64,000 bases of DNA from Ophelia neglecta. Taxonomy: Eukaryota. Where the stretch lies: the NCBI GenBank assembly GCA_965285935.1, contig OZ260661.1:24366001-24430000 (forward strand), read 5' to 3'. Below the pieces are notes generated by a model that saw nothing but the letters and a program-made list of their open reading frames with translations, did not search any database and was not told the origin of the DNA. Both the position numbers and the translations under genes were made by a program. Of this stretch, positions 39,833 to 54,195 are shown piece after piece. Within the stretch, counting starts at the first letter, position 1. Every line of letters begins with the position of its first letter.

Positions 39833-40365
39833 GGGGCCGATCATTTGATAATGTAGGGGGAGGGGGGGGGGGTTCAAAACCTTTTTTTTTTGCCTCCTCC
39901 AAAACAATCTTTTTTTCCTCATTATTCCCTTGCAAACATTTTTTTTCTGTAAGGTCATTTATGATATTATGATTGTCATTGGTTGATAATATGATAACAT
40001 AGACCCCTAACAGAACGAAATGATTCAGACTTTGTATTTTTTCGTGACAAGGAAGTGAAAAGGTGTTTGAAGATAGATAATAAAAAAGAAAAAAGGTAAT
40101 ACATGTTACGTTTGTTTTTGATGGCCATAGGCCAGAAACAATTGACAAAATGGACTGTCCAGCGAATGTTGGTATCAAATGTTTTCATCCTTTTTTGCCT
40201 GAAACAAAAAACATTTTTTTCACAATGTGCAAGACAAACATTTTTTTCCTCAAGTAGTGTGACAAAAATTTTTTTTGACCAGAGCTGGCCAACAAACTTT
40301 TTATTTCTGAAGTTTTCTCACCCTCCCCCCCCCCCCCCCCCCAACATTATCAAAGGTTCGGCCCC
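39833..40365. mobile_element. PIF/Harbinger (Tourist-like) MITE
   Basis: TAA TSD; TIR GGGGCCGATCATTTGATAATG / CATTATCAAAGGTTCGGCCCC; empty site GGGATAACTGGATGG near 47875. Confidence 0.85.
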
Positions 40366-40798
40366 TAAGTGGATGGGGAAACTGGGGTAACCATTGCCAA
40401 AATAACATACGACAGCCAATGTCAGAAATTAGTTTCCTATTCTTGTGCCTAGACAAGGAGGCGTTATGTAGTCGCGTTATCTGCCCGTGGTCCTAAGTTT
40501 AATATACTTATAGCCTACCAATATGAATATGGCATGCGACATGGACCCACAGCTATTAATAACTAACAGCTATTCGGTGGGGTTCACTGTCTGGCTCTTA
40601 TGTTTGTACTGCAGTAATTACAAGACATGAATAAGCCCCCACCACCACCCCTACCCCCTATCCACCCTCGACTCACCGGTCCCTTGTCTACCATAACATT
40701 TTATTGACTCCCCACCGCCCACCCCCACCCCCACCCCTTATAGTTACACACCCCTACTGGATTCCAAAGCGTCCATATATTTGCAGTGTTTTACCAAT

Positions 40799-43700
40799 AT
40801 GGAACGTTGGCAAGGAAGAGTTGCCTTGGTGACCGGAGCCAGTGCAGGTATCGGAGCAGCCATCGCCAGGAGACTTGCAGAGTCTGGCATGACAGTCGTT
40901 GGATGTGCCAGGAATATCGACTATATACAAGTATGTCTGTTAACAATAGCCGGTACTTCTACACACATCACGCTAGAATAACCTGGTTTGGAAAGACAAC
41001 TTCCATTCCGACCTACCGAACTAGATTTTTTATTTTACTCCAAAATATATGGAGTAATATGCTTGGCGAAATTACCCTGCTCCCGAAAAAGTTTTGTTTA
41101 ACACAATTCATATTATATACATTGTGTCCCAGGCCATGTCTGAGGAGTTGAAGTCCACCAGTAAAGGTTCCCTACATGCATTGCGCTGTGACCTGAGGAA
41201 GGAGGAGGATATTCTATCAATGTTCTCAGAGATTAAGGCACAACATGGAGGAGTTGATGTGTGCGTTAATAACGCCGGATTGGGCTTAAATGACAGCAGT
41301 ATCCTGTACGGGAAGACTGGGAACTGGAGGGAAATATTCGAAGTATGGCTATTTAGTTAATATCGATTGAACAACTTATAAATCTTGTGTTTTATGTATA
41401 AAAATGTTAATAGGTTAACAAGATCCTTCTGAAATACGAAACAAACATTCCAACTGGTTAGGTCATCCACGTTAATCGTACATCTTACCAGCAAATGACG
41501 AAAGAAAATATATAATGCACACCTTGCCCCGCACCGAGTCAATCAGAGGGAAGGCGGCTTCTCCCCACCTCGAGTCCATCCGAGGGTCCTGCATTGGGCC
41601 CGCCTTAAGTAGATCAGAAGGAATCCCCCTTCCCCCACCTCAATCGGAGGGGACGCAAAGCCCCCCCAGCCCCCCCCCCCCCCCGCCATAAGTAGATCAG
41701 AAAGAACCCCCCCCCCCCTTCCGCCCTCTTGTCAATCAGAAGGAACTTGCCTTCCCCTACTGTTGATCAGAGGGAAGGTGTCTGAAATGTATCCATTTGT
41801 GAATTCAGGTCAATGTCATGGCTTTAGCAATTTGTACAAGGGAAGCCATCAAAACGATGAGAGAAAGACAAGTGGACGACGGGCACATTGTTCAAATGTC
41901 CAGGTTGGTTTCCAGTTCTCTAGACAGCATTGTCAGCGCATTCCAAACCAAAGGCAAACGATCAAACAGATACTAAATTATTGTTAACATTTGGCTTGCG
42001 GGAAATATAATAGCAGGTGATTCGTAGCTGAAAGGTACAGTGAAACCTATTTTTGTGGTCAACTGTTTAATAAGGTCACCTGCCCACTTTGGTCACTAAG
42101 TAATACCCCAATCCCCAGTTATGCCTGTATTAACTGACCTGCCTAAATAATGTGGTCAGTTTTTCCTAGTCCCTTAACTGACCTGATTAGACAGGTTTCA
42201 CTGTAAATAAGACCTGCAAACTTGAGTAGGCTGAAAATGACACGGTGGTCCATAATGTCTGTAAAAATGTATTCGTTCTAGCTGTGTCAGTCACTACCAT
42301 TTACCCAGGCCGGATGGTCATTGGTATAGCTCCAGCAAGTGGATGGTGCGGGCGATAACAGACTGTCTAAGGATGGAGCTAAGGGCGGAGAAATCACGGA
42401 TTAAAGTCTCGGTAATATGTTAAATGTGTGACAAAACACCTATGGATAAGCCCATTGAGGATCCATGTATAACTAAAATGTGATTGGTCACAAGAGAGTG
42501 GGAAGGGAACATCAATATGCTTTAGACCAAACACGTTTAGACTAGCTCATCGGCTATTTTATTGATATTGGCCGGCTCCAATATTGTGAAAAAAAGCAAA
42601 ATTAGAATATGTGTAAACGACGAAAACGAAAGTTGTAACGATAGCAGCATCAGTAGAAAGATAATGTAAATCTTCATCTTATGACCAATCGGTAACCCAA
42701 ACACTTCTGATTTGTACTGGGAATAAATGGGTCAGGGAACATCATTGAACTCATGTCTTCCCACGCTGCTTAGAGGCCAAGCTGTTTTCAACACAGCCTC
42801 CGCCGTTTACGTAAAGCCCAACAATACTGTTTTACGAACGGTAGCACTAAATCCTAGAGGGGCACAAATAATTACCAGCAAGAAGCAACATACTAATAGT
42901 GCAAAATTAGAGTGACTTCAACTGCAAGTGGCCGTGATTTTATATTTTATCCACCATGTCGTTCCATCACGTGTTTCGAGTTTACAAGTGTGAAGTGGTT
43001 TTTAGTAAACAAATTGTAAGAAAATATTCCCAAAACTGTCAATGTACAGACTACCATTCTTTCCCGGTACAAACGCAAGTGTAAGATGGCCACGAAAACC
43101 AACGTCACTTCAATCTGAGATATCAATATATTTTGCAGGCTATATCCCCTGGAATGGTGAAGACGGAAATTGTTAAACGGGCTTCGGGAGAGGAGGTGTC
43201 TGAGGCATTTTACAAATCCCAGGAGGTATAAAACTAACTTAAATATTGCGACCTTATACGATGCCGCCTGTGGGCCAAGCTGAGTTAGGACCCTTGAATT
43301 ATAATATAAACATTTCCAGATTAGTGTCATATTTAGTTATCAACATATGGGGAAATAATGTACATACATAAGTTCGCTGGTTTCCTTATTTAATGTTAAG
43401 GAAAAGACTACATCAGCACCTAGCTTCATCATGTTTGCGAACTTATACATGTCCAAAGAATATGATTTTGGATTTACTTATTAAAAGTGCTATCATTTAA
43501 AGTTGACATATATAAGTTTCATAGGAAGTTTCGTTGCGGTTAGGGCGCCGGGAGGGTGGGGGGGGGGGGGTAATTTTGATGCCCTATAGCTGCCGGCTCC
43601 TTATGATCAGGACGGATGTACCGGGCTATTCTAGAGTAATGTTTATGCTTGCTGTGCCTGTTATACATTCTCGTTTTTCCCCCAGTCTCTCAGTGCGGAC

Positions 43701-44015
43701 AAAGTGGCGGACGCGGTAGTGACTGTCCTCGGGACGACTGAAGAAGTCGAGGTACGTCTCTTATTTCTTATTACTGTGATTAGGGTTATCATGGTATCAT
43801 GTCACCCTCTTGTAGGAAATACTCCTCCCATGCTCGTTTGGGAGAGAAAACTTAAAACAATAAATAATAAACTGTATATATTACACATTGAACAAGAAAT
43901 CAGTTCATGGCACTCTTAATCTAGTTCTCTGTAGGCAAGCGATAACTTCTTGTGGTTTGTACTATTCCAGATAGAGGAGTTGGTTGTCATGCCGACATCA
44001 GGATGGAATCTTTGA
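40799..44015 (+). CDS. DHRS11-like: DHRS11-like SDR copy 4, intact, 254 aa
   Basis: Exons 40799-40930, 41133-41342, 41809-41903, 42282-42411, 43139-43225, 43686-43751, 43971-44015; GT-AG sites and catalytic motifs intact. Confidence 0.92.
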
Positions 44016-44736
44016 ACTGTCCGGCTGTAGTCCAAGAGGATAGAAGAAAAATCCCCGAGGAGACCATTTTGATACAACAAGAAATTTGAACAACAAGACG
44101 TGTTTTAGGGAAAGTTAAGGTTTAAATGTAATAGTTTTGTTTCAACTGTTCAACAGTAAGTGCAAATAAAGGTTAGCAAAATTATGTATCATTAATACAG
44201 ACCTGTTGTTAAACAGGGAAATTACAAAACAACTCAAAAATCAATAATCTGGTAATATTTTAAATAAAAAGCAAGAATCAAATGTCTATGTATTTGTAAT
44301 CAACCATCATATGTCTAAAGCAGGTATAATTGGGATTATTTAAGGTCAATGTTATAAACACGCATGAAGGTTATTTTTTGGGAAAAACTGTTAACTTTCA
44401 TCGGTTTTTCTTGTTAATGGAAAATTATGTAAAACACATATTGTGACAATAAATGCATTTCTGCGTTTTGTGCAAAGTTAAACAAACTATGTTCAGTTAT
44501 TAATTTCGCATGATAAAATATATTTACAAGTTCTTTAAAATTGTGTATGCATCAATCTATTGATAATATTATGCTGTGTTCAATTAATATATCTACTTAT
44601 GTGTAGAATAATAAATAACTAGTAAATAGTATTCATATACTGTATATAGTGTATAATTTTTAACAACAGTATATAAATATAATATCTTTTAAAAAAAACT
44701 GTTTGTTTCTGGTTTTGCATAAAAGTTTGTTTGGGC

Positions 44737-45510
44737 TGTGGTTTGTATTTGACTATTTCAGACAGAGGAGTTAGTTGTCATGCCAACATCAGGGTGGACT
44801 TTATGAATCGTCCGGCTGTAGTCCAATAGGAATGAAAGAAAAAGGCCCAAGGAGACATTTGATACAGCCGGAAATGTAAAGACCACGGCGTTTATTAGGA
44901 AAGGTTACGCTTTAAATGTAATATTTTTGTTTATTCATTGACTGTTCAACAGTAGTGCAAATAAAGTTTAACAAAATTATATATCATTAATATCGACCTG
45001 TTTTTAATCAGGGAAATAACAAAACAACTCAAAAATCAATAATCTAGTAATATTTTGGAAAAAAGAATAGAACGAAATGTCGATGTATTTGTAACCAATC
45101 ATCATTTGTTTAACACAGGTATAATTGGGATGATTTAAGGTCAAAGTTATTAACTAACGTGAAGGGTTTTTTTTTTTGGCGGGGAAGGGGGGGGGGCAAA
45201 CTGTAAATTTCCATTGGTTTTCCTTCTCAACAAAATTATTTATATATAAATAATACACTTTTTGTGACAATCAATGCATTTCTGCGTTTTGTGCAAAGAT
45301 AAACAATCTATGATCGGTTAATAATTACACATAATTAAACATATTCAGTATGTCTTTGAAATAGTGTTTGCAACAATTGCAAATATTATATATTGATAAT
45401 ATTATACTGTGTTCAATTACTATTTCTACTTATGTGTGAATATAAATAACTAGGTAAATATATATATTTATAAACTTGTATATAGTGTATAATTTTGAAC
45501 AACAGTATAT
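44737..45510 (+). repeat. Second copy of the SDR terminal exon and 3' UTR
   Basis: Intact acceptor, exon 44762-44806 ([14 protein letters not shown]), and UTR homologous to 44016-44670. Confidence 0.85.
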
Positions 45511-47159
45511 ATTTATGGTTGCGCTTGGTACGGCGGGGAACACAAATTCATTTTGCATAACGCTGCTTATATAAAGGAATGTATCAGGCTGGCCAGCACT
45601 ACTCTTCAGCAGAGCCCAGAAAGTGGGTCAAAGCCAATGAAAACCCTACCATCATCACCAAACACAGGTGCGTGGCTACAAAGGACCATCTTGAAACTAT
45701 ATTAATTCGGAATCATCTAGATAATAGGCGATGTCCAGCCTGACCCGGTCAACCGGCTTGTCTCATTCTAAAGGTCAATAACATATCACTGATACCATAA
45801 CTATATGTTAATGTAAATATACACAGTCCTGATACTAACAAGAGATAAACCCTACTTAAAGGCATTAGGGACGGACCATTCGATAACTGGAGGAGGGGTG
45901 GGGGTGGGGGTGATGGTAGGCGACAAAATCTTCAAAGAAAAGTTCCTAGTTATGCATAAAATATGTTTGTTTCCGACACTGGAAAAAATGAATTGTTTGT
46001 CTGGGATTTTCTTTAAAACATTTTTTTTGCATAAGCACTGATAAAATGGTACTTCAATGGCTTCTACATTATTTTGGCCTCACGGCCAATTAATGACTTA
46101 ACACATAATGTACACATGTGAATCATTTAATTAAGGAACTGACTTGAATTATATACATTATCCATGAAATGCCTTTACCCTTTTGCCCAAAATGGAGAGG
46201 TCTGAAACTTTTCATCGTCGCATGTCACGTTAGAAGAGTGTTGATACGCGTTGATCCACTGCCCAGGGCGGAGAGAGGTTGTAAGACCATAGTGAAATCA
46301 CCTTGACGAGCGAAGTCTACTGTAGCTAGCCTTAAGCGAATAGAACAAATTTTGAGCAGTCTTCTATTGCCAGCATGAGGAGTATAATATTTTATTAAAC
46401 ATAAAAATTTAAGTAAATAAATAAGCCATCAGTTTTTTTATCAGAAGATAATAAGATATGGTGAAATAAAAAATTGTTTGCTTCCCAGATGGGAAAAAAT
46501 AAATTGTTTATTTGTCCGAAACTAGAGATTTTGCCAAAAGGTGGGCCTGGACCAGGGCCTGTTTCTGGACCCACGCAAGGTACGTTCAGAGGGTTGGTAA
46601 CAGGGACAATCCAAACATTTTCCTAGTCAGCCTTGGAAAAATCTTTCCTGAAATCCTGGATCCGCCACTGAATAATCAACGATCCTCAACAAACCCCTGC
46701 TTGCAGAACATAGTATTTCACCAAAGAACGTCCAAAGGACTATCCCCTTACCTGGCAGACTAATCGTTAATCAAGAACAAGTCCAATGAAACGGTCTAGA
46801 GCCATCAGGAACTACTACGTATTGTGTTCAACGATCGTATGGCAATGGTTTGGGCGTGTGTAGTGCAAATCTATTTGATTGTGGGTTTTGGTCCATTTGG
46901 TTTTCCATAGGTGTTCATATTTTGCCAATATGTATGCGCTAAAATTTAGGACATATGACTGGAGCGTATCGGCGAGATTGAGAGGACTCGTTTATTGTAC
47001 CTGAGACAGAAGCTTGTACGGCGAATTGACGGGGTCATAAGATACCACAAGGTAGGTAAGGAACCACATAACCAACAGGTTGTCTGTTTTGACAAATCGT
47101 CCCGCAAATTGTTTTTTTTAGTGATTATGTATTTTGTACCTCGCCGGCCCAATAAAGAG

Positions 47160-47700
47160 TGTACATCCCGCGCCATGGATTCTATCCTAGACAGGGGGGG
47201 GGGACAACATGGACAGGGGTGGGGGGGGGACAACATGGTAACCATACTGTAAATATGGTGTATATATGTATATAAGAGAGCGTCAATTATGACAGAAACC
47301 GTTTTCTTCCTTCAAAAATAAAACTCTTTCAGAATTATCCCAGCCCCTCATTGGCTGAAATGTTTTAAAATTTCATTACCAAACTTTCAGCCAATGATGA
47401 GCTCGGCTCAAAATAACACCGGCTGCAAATTCACCCTGGATTCCTACAATTGGCCGAGAAGGAGGTTTGTGAAATTTACGCGTTTACTGGGACCAGCGGT
47501 GATAAAAATATTAAATATTTTATGAAAAGAATTATATTAAGATGGGATTATTTGGATTAGAGTTTTATTTTCGGAGGAGAGAAAACACTTTCTGTCATGA
47601 TTGACGCTCTCTTATTTACATATATACAACATATATACAGTATTATGCCATGTTGCGTCCTCCCCTGTCTAGAGTAGGTTCAAGTGCGCTTGGTGTACAT
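47160..47700. mobile_element. Foldback/MITE-like element with long imperfect inverted arms
   Basis: CTAGACAGGGG pairs with CCCCTGTCTAG and TAAGAGAGCGTCAATTATGACAGAAA with TTTCTGTCATGATTGACGCTCTCTTA. Only the right arm survives upstream of copy 4. Confidence 0.75.
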
Positions 47701-48281
47701 TCACCTACACATGTAAACAATACGAACAGTAGCTAGCTAGTAAGATATTGCCAGTATAACTACCAAAATAAGACTCACAGTAAACAAAAAGATAATTTGC
47801 TGAAACTAAATGTTATGCAGGCCACATCATCATTCTGTGTTCTTTTTATCCACTGGAGCCACAAGTAACTGGGGGATAACTGGATGGAAAAGCTTTGCTA
47901 AACTTACATACGACAGCCAATGTCAGAAATTAGTTTGCTAAACTTACATACGACAGCCAATGTCAGAAATTAGTTTCCCATTCGTATGCCTAGACAAGGA
48001 GGCGTTAAGTAGTCGCGTTATCTGCCCGTGCTCCTAAGTATGATATACATATAGCCTAGCAATATGAATATGACATGCGACATGGACCCACTGCTATTAA
48101 TATCTAACAGCTATTCGGTGGCGTTCTATGTCTGGCTGCTTTGTTTGTACTGCAGTAACCGAAAAAGACAGAAAAAGGGACTCCAAGACAGGAGTCAGCC
48201 CCCACCACCACCCCAACCCCTATAGTTACACACACGTACTGGATTTTCAAAGCGTCCATATAGTTGCAGTGTTTTACCAAT

Positions 48282-51200
48282 ATGGAACGTTGGCAAGGAA
48301 GAGTTGCCTTGGTGACCGGAGCCAGTTCAGGTATTGGAGCCGCCGTCGCCAGGAGACTTGTAGAGTATGGTATGATAGTCGTGGGATGTGCCAGAAATTT
48401 CGAAAAAATAAAGGTATGTCTGTCAACGGGCGGGGGGTGGCGGGTTATTATCTTCACAGCATGCTAGAATTACCTTGTTTGGAACAACAACTTGAATAAT
48501 CATGTGCATAATCATTTCTTACAACAGATAGATAAATATTTTCCATTTTCATCCTTAGATTTATGTGGCATACACTATTTTTTTGTTTGAATGAGTTTGA
48601 AAGACCCATCTGACCCATTTTTCTGACATCATGTCTTACTAGTAAACATCTTTTCAAATTTCGCATAATTATATTAAACCTTTCTGTCAAAAACTGAAAA
48701 TCCGACCCAATGAATTTCCAAAGTATTCCTTCTTCCCCGGACTTACTAGAATTACTCACCAATGCCGCCTTTTATGTGGAAAAAGCAGTAAGAAATTTCC
48801 CCTGTGGCAAAAATGTCTTGGTTTATGCTAGTCTTATCATATACTCTGTGTCCCAGGCCATGTCTGAGGAGTTGAAGTCCACCAGTAAAGGTTCCCTACA
48901 TGCATTGCGCTGTGACCTGAGGAAGGAGGAGGATATTCTATCGATGTTCTCAGAGATTAAGGCACAACATGGAGGAGTCGATGTGTGCGTTAATAACGCC
49001 GGATTGAACTTTAGTGACAGCAGTATCCTGTACGGGAAGACTGGGAACTGGAGGGAAATATTCGAAGTATGGCTATTTAGTTAACATCGAATGAATAACT
49101 TATAAATCTTGTGTTTTAGGTATAAAATTGGTAAAAGGTAAAAATATAGCATGCCCGCCTTGCTCCGCATCGAGTTAATCAGAGGGAAGGCGCCTTCCGC
49201 CCCCCCCCCCCCCCCGCCTCCTGTTGACCAGAGGGAAGGCAACTTGACAAAGGTATCCATTCGTGAATTCAGGTCAATGTCATGGCTTTAGCAATTTGTA
49301 CAAGGGAAGCCATCAAAACGATGAGAGAAAGAAAAGTGGACGACGGGCACATTATTCAAATTGGCAGGTTGGTGTCCACATTTTTGTTTTTCTATTCTTG
49401 TTTGTTGGTTTCCATTATTTTAATATGAAAGTGCAAAAGTTTTTTCTAGTAAATTATCTTTTTAAATATCTGTGGTGACAACGGGGTCTTTTTAGTCCCC
49501 ATTGTGTCGAGTGGGTTTTCCTGAATCGTGTACAATTATCCATTTCGGTTATAAAATTTATGAATTGCTTTCCCAATTCAAGTTGTCAAATGTAAATGGT
49601 TACATTTATATGAGTTATTTGAAGTTGAAATGTGTGGGACTTTCGACATTATACCATCTCGGCGTAGATTTCGGTCTTCTGCATCTCGACAATCCAACAG
49701 CCTTACATTTAACCACCATTTCCATACAAATAACAAAATTCTGGCCACCCTGCGGAGGTCGGTACATGGTGTTTGGCCAATGATCAGCGTCGACACTTCG
49801 ACCTGACTTCATGACTTCCTTCAGCCATTAAACAACTAAGTAGTTCATCCTCCTCGCTATTTCCGCGCGACGGGTATTTGTTACGTTGGATGGAAGCCAT
49901 ATTTAATCATTATTACTTTAAGGCGAACTACTATGTCTAAACCGAGAAACGTGCGAGCAGGTGATTCGCAGCTGCCGAGTAAATTAGAGACTGCTGTTAT
50001 GATATTCGATATCTCCTTATTTTCTTCCTTTTTTCAAATATTTCTGTGGCCGTCGCCGTCCATTGTTTTGTTATTTGCACACCATATACTTTGGACATGA
50101 ACTTTTGGTTAAGATGGTGCCCTGGAACGCCTAGAAGAATACAAATGCGCAAAGGTTCAATACGCATAACGTTATGTATTTGTTTCAGTTGTGTCAGTTA
50201 CTACCATTTACCCAGGCCGGATGGTCATTGGTATAGCTCCAGCAAGTGGATGGTGCGGGCGATAACAGACTGTCTAAGGATGGAGCTAAGGGCGGAGAAA
50301 TCACGGATTAAAGTCTCGGTAATATTTTGAATGTGTGGCAAAACACCTTGGATAAGCTTATTGAGGATACATGTATAACTAAAATGTGATTGGTCACAAG
50401 AGAGTGAGAAGGAAACATCAATACGCTATGTGTAAAGGGCGAAAGCAGCATTGGTAGCAAAACAATCAAAAACAGCCCTGAACCGTTATCGTCTTATTGT
50501 GCCACACAAACTGGCAAAACGGAGATGACCTTGGTTCCCGGGTTTAACCTCTAATGTAAGAACCCAAAAGCGAACAGACGTCATTCCGTTTGTGATATTA
50601 ATGTATTTTTTGCAGGGTATACACCCTGGATTAGTGAAGACAGAGATGTCTATAAAGGCTCAGGGACAGGAGGGGGGTGAGGCATTTTACAAATCCAACG
50701 AGGTATACCACCTACTCATATATTGTTCAAATTATACTATGCTCCCTATCGTCCAAGCTGAGTGGCATCTCTTTAATTATAGTGCCCCTAATCCCAGATT
50801 AGAGTCTTATTAATGATTGATATATGGAGAATTGTTTACATATATAATTATCCCGCCTTATTCTGTTAATGAAAAGTAATAAACTACATAACTATGTCAA
50901 GAGGGACTTGGCTTCATCATGTTTGCCTAGTTTCTTGACTAATGAAGAGCCGGGGATAGAATTTTATTTGCCTGTCGCAGACGGTTCCTAATAAACCCGG
51001 ATGGATTTACTGGACAATTGATGAGATTTATGATTTTATGTGCATGCTTTCGTTTCACGTTTTTTCCTTTAGTGTCTCAGTGTGACTAAAGTAACCGACG
51101 CTGTAGTGTCTGTACTCGGGACGACTGGAGAGGTTGAGGCATGTCTTTCTCTTTGTATTACTACATCTTGGGTACACTTCATGCCATGCACTATTTCCCC

Positions 51201-51430
51201 CTCGGATATCCTTCTTAAATAGAATCATTTACCCTTAACGCAGTAAATGGTATATCATTCATATTCCTTACCTACGGAATCAAATCACGTTTCAATCATT
51301 ATATCACATAGGCCTCTTGCCACTTACACTCGAATTCTCCAGGGGTAAGCAATAACTTCCTGCAATTTGTATTTGAATTTTTCAGATAGAGGATTTAGTT
51401 GTCATGCCAACATCTGGGTGGAATCTATAA
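48282..51430 (+). CDS. DHRS11-like: DHRS11-like SDR copy 5, intact, most divergent 3' half
   Basis: Exons 48282-48413, 48857-49066, 49273-49367, 50189-50318, 50616-50702, 51073-51138, 51386-51430. The intron 6 donor is GC. Confidence 0.88.
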
Positions 51431-54195
51431 ATGATCCGGCTGTAGCTCAGGAGAAACGAATGAAGTCCTGAGTGAAACATTCCGATTTAGCTAATAAATT
51501 ATACCAATACTGTTGATATAATAATGTAAAAATGTTTTAACTATTTTCTGCATTGAATTCTTTAATTTCTCTGCCGAAATATAAAAAACCCAGCGTTTTT
51601 TATATCAAGATTTACATTGAAATGTTATATTTCATCAAGGTTTCTTCCATATTAACATATCAAATACATAATCAGAAACGTTGTTTGTTTTTCATTAATT
51701 TACTGTTGAACAGTTAGTGCATAATTATATATCATTAATACAATAATCCTTGGGCTGATCAAAGGGTAATAACGCGACTTGATAACGTTGATTTGATAGA
51801 ATCTATGACCTCCTTGATTTGATTTTACTGTATACTTGAAAGTTCATGAAAGTCCTCGTATTATTATGTATGACTTATTCAGTATGTGTCATGGAGCATC
51901 GTGTTATGAAATTATCTGAATGCTGTTTTCCACTCAGTTTTTCAAAAAAGAGTGAACCTTAAGTTCCTTGTAGATCATTCCCAGGTAACATAACTAAGCC
52001 ATTCTGTTATTGTCAAGTTAGTATATGTAAGTCATGCAAACGTTTTCATGTTCCCCAAAGGCTGCCGTGTGCTTTTTCCGTTCAGATGGAGCTCAGCTGT
52101 CAGAAAATGCATTATGTCAAATTGGTATTTTGATTCATTCAGATAAGTACACGTTTCCTTGTTGACCACCCTTTTGGAAGAGGTGTTATACAGATTCAGA
52201 AAACCAAATATAAATAATTTGTTATCACGTAGAAATGATTTGCGTGCACATATTTCTGTTATCGAACCGCATTTATCCAATGGATGATTCAAGGTCATGG
52301 TCATTAGCTACGGTCAAGGTCATAATGAAAATTTCCCCAATAGTTTAATATTGTTCATTGTTCTTATTGTTCCCAACATAAAGTTGAATAGCAACCTTTA
52401 TGCACTACATAGATACTCTGCTTAACAGAGAAAATTAATTTGCAATATGAGTTATTAAAAGGAGGGTATAAAGACACAATATCCATTTAACTGACTAGTT
52501 ATTTAATGCAAATGAATAAAAACAGTATGCAACATTTTCATTCATTACCATTACGAGTTATTATATACAGGATGGTGCTATTTAACAGACAGCTTTTTAC
52601 ACAGACTGTGATTCAGGATAAGGAACAAAAACAAACACGAAAAAAACACGATTATAAAGTTACACCAATACACTCGTTTGAGCAAAGCAAAAAATACATG
52701 AAAGAAAAATATTACTTCATATTGTCCCCAGATAAATTAAGTTTATTTAATTTCTTAAAGGAGAGCAGCAAAATTGTGCAATGATCTTAAAAACGAGACC
52801 AATATGATAATAGAATTGTATTATGATAATATTGGTCCTTGTTTGAGAAAGGCATCAACGTTGCCTTGGTTATATGGCGTACTTTAGATTAATGTATTTT
52901 TGGAACTTTGTCTATTTAATGACTATCTGGTGCTTCTAGGAAGGCCTAATTCAACAATATTACGTTTTTTGCCAGTCCGAAACATAGGATTGCCATCTCG
53001 TAATAGAAGGTTGCATTATTATAAATAAATAAATATTAAAAGGCAGATCGGGCTATGCTTTTTTTCACAGATCACTTGATTTTATGAATATAAATTAAGC
53101 TATTGTTGTAAATACCCTCTATCACTTACACAATCATATATCTAAAACATTTCCAAAGAAATAACGAGTTTTCGTTACTATACAATACTCTAATGAAATT
53201 GAAGTGAATTGAATATAAAATGGCTGAAGTAGCTTCAGCGGCCTGTTCGCGTTAGATGTCCTATATTCACACATATTGATTAAACATGGATTTCAACAGT
53301 CAATTACACATGTGACAGGCAATTGAAAAATGAGGTTTCACAAATAAAATATTCAGATTGGTTAAAATTTCAACTAGAGTGCTAACTCACATAAATTCCT
53401 GTTACACTATAACCAAGTGATAACTATTCATGGAAGTAAACTAACTAATGCAATGACTGGCTTGTATATCAAGGTCACTATCAGTTTTTGTGTAAAAAGA
53501 CTAATATTCTATCATTATCTGGCTAAAGATTCTCTCTCTGGGGTATACCTGATGCTGGGCAAACGAGAAACTTTCCATCTTATTCCGTCTATCCACCACC
53601 CCTGGGTCATGATAGATGGCGCTGTAACGTATATGTATGTGCAGGCCCATCTCCTCCGTCATATAACTATCTGATCATTTGATATCACACATGACATGTC
53701 ATTTGAACATATATCTCATCTAGAGCCAGTTCGATTTGTCAGTTGACATCTATTAAAATCAAAAGTTAAGCAGGACCGGTCATTTTAAGAACAGAGGCAT
53801 GATCAGTTTTAATGAATACAAATGACTTAAGTTGACCACATACTAATAATATATGCAAAGCTAAGATATTCTCAGAGCAAGTGCCCAAGCTAAACGAATG
53901 CAGCCAATAAGACCCCAATTGAACTGCTACTTAAGATAAGATAATCCAGTTAACAGATTAACCAGCCTCTCCCCCTTTCTAATCAGCTTATCACATATCA
54001 TGCCTGTGGTTAAATCGGTTACTGGACACCTGGAAAAATAACTGTTCTTACCAGAGGTTTGCTGTATCAAAGAAATAAATGCATGTGAGCTCGAGCGCTT
54101 GTTATGCAACACAGTATAACCAAGTTCTCGAGAAGGAGAAAGAGACTCTTGTAGTTAGGAACACTTAACCTGTACACAACGCGACGGTAGTCTCG

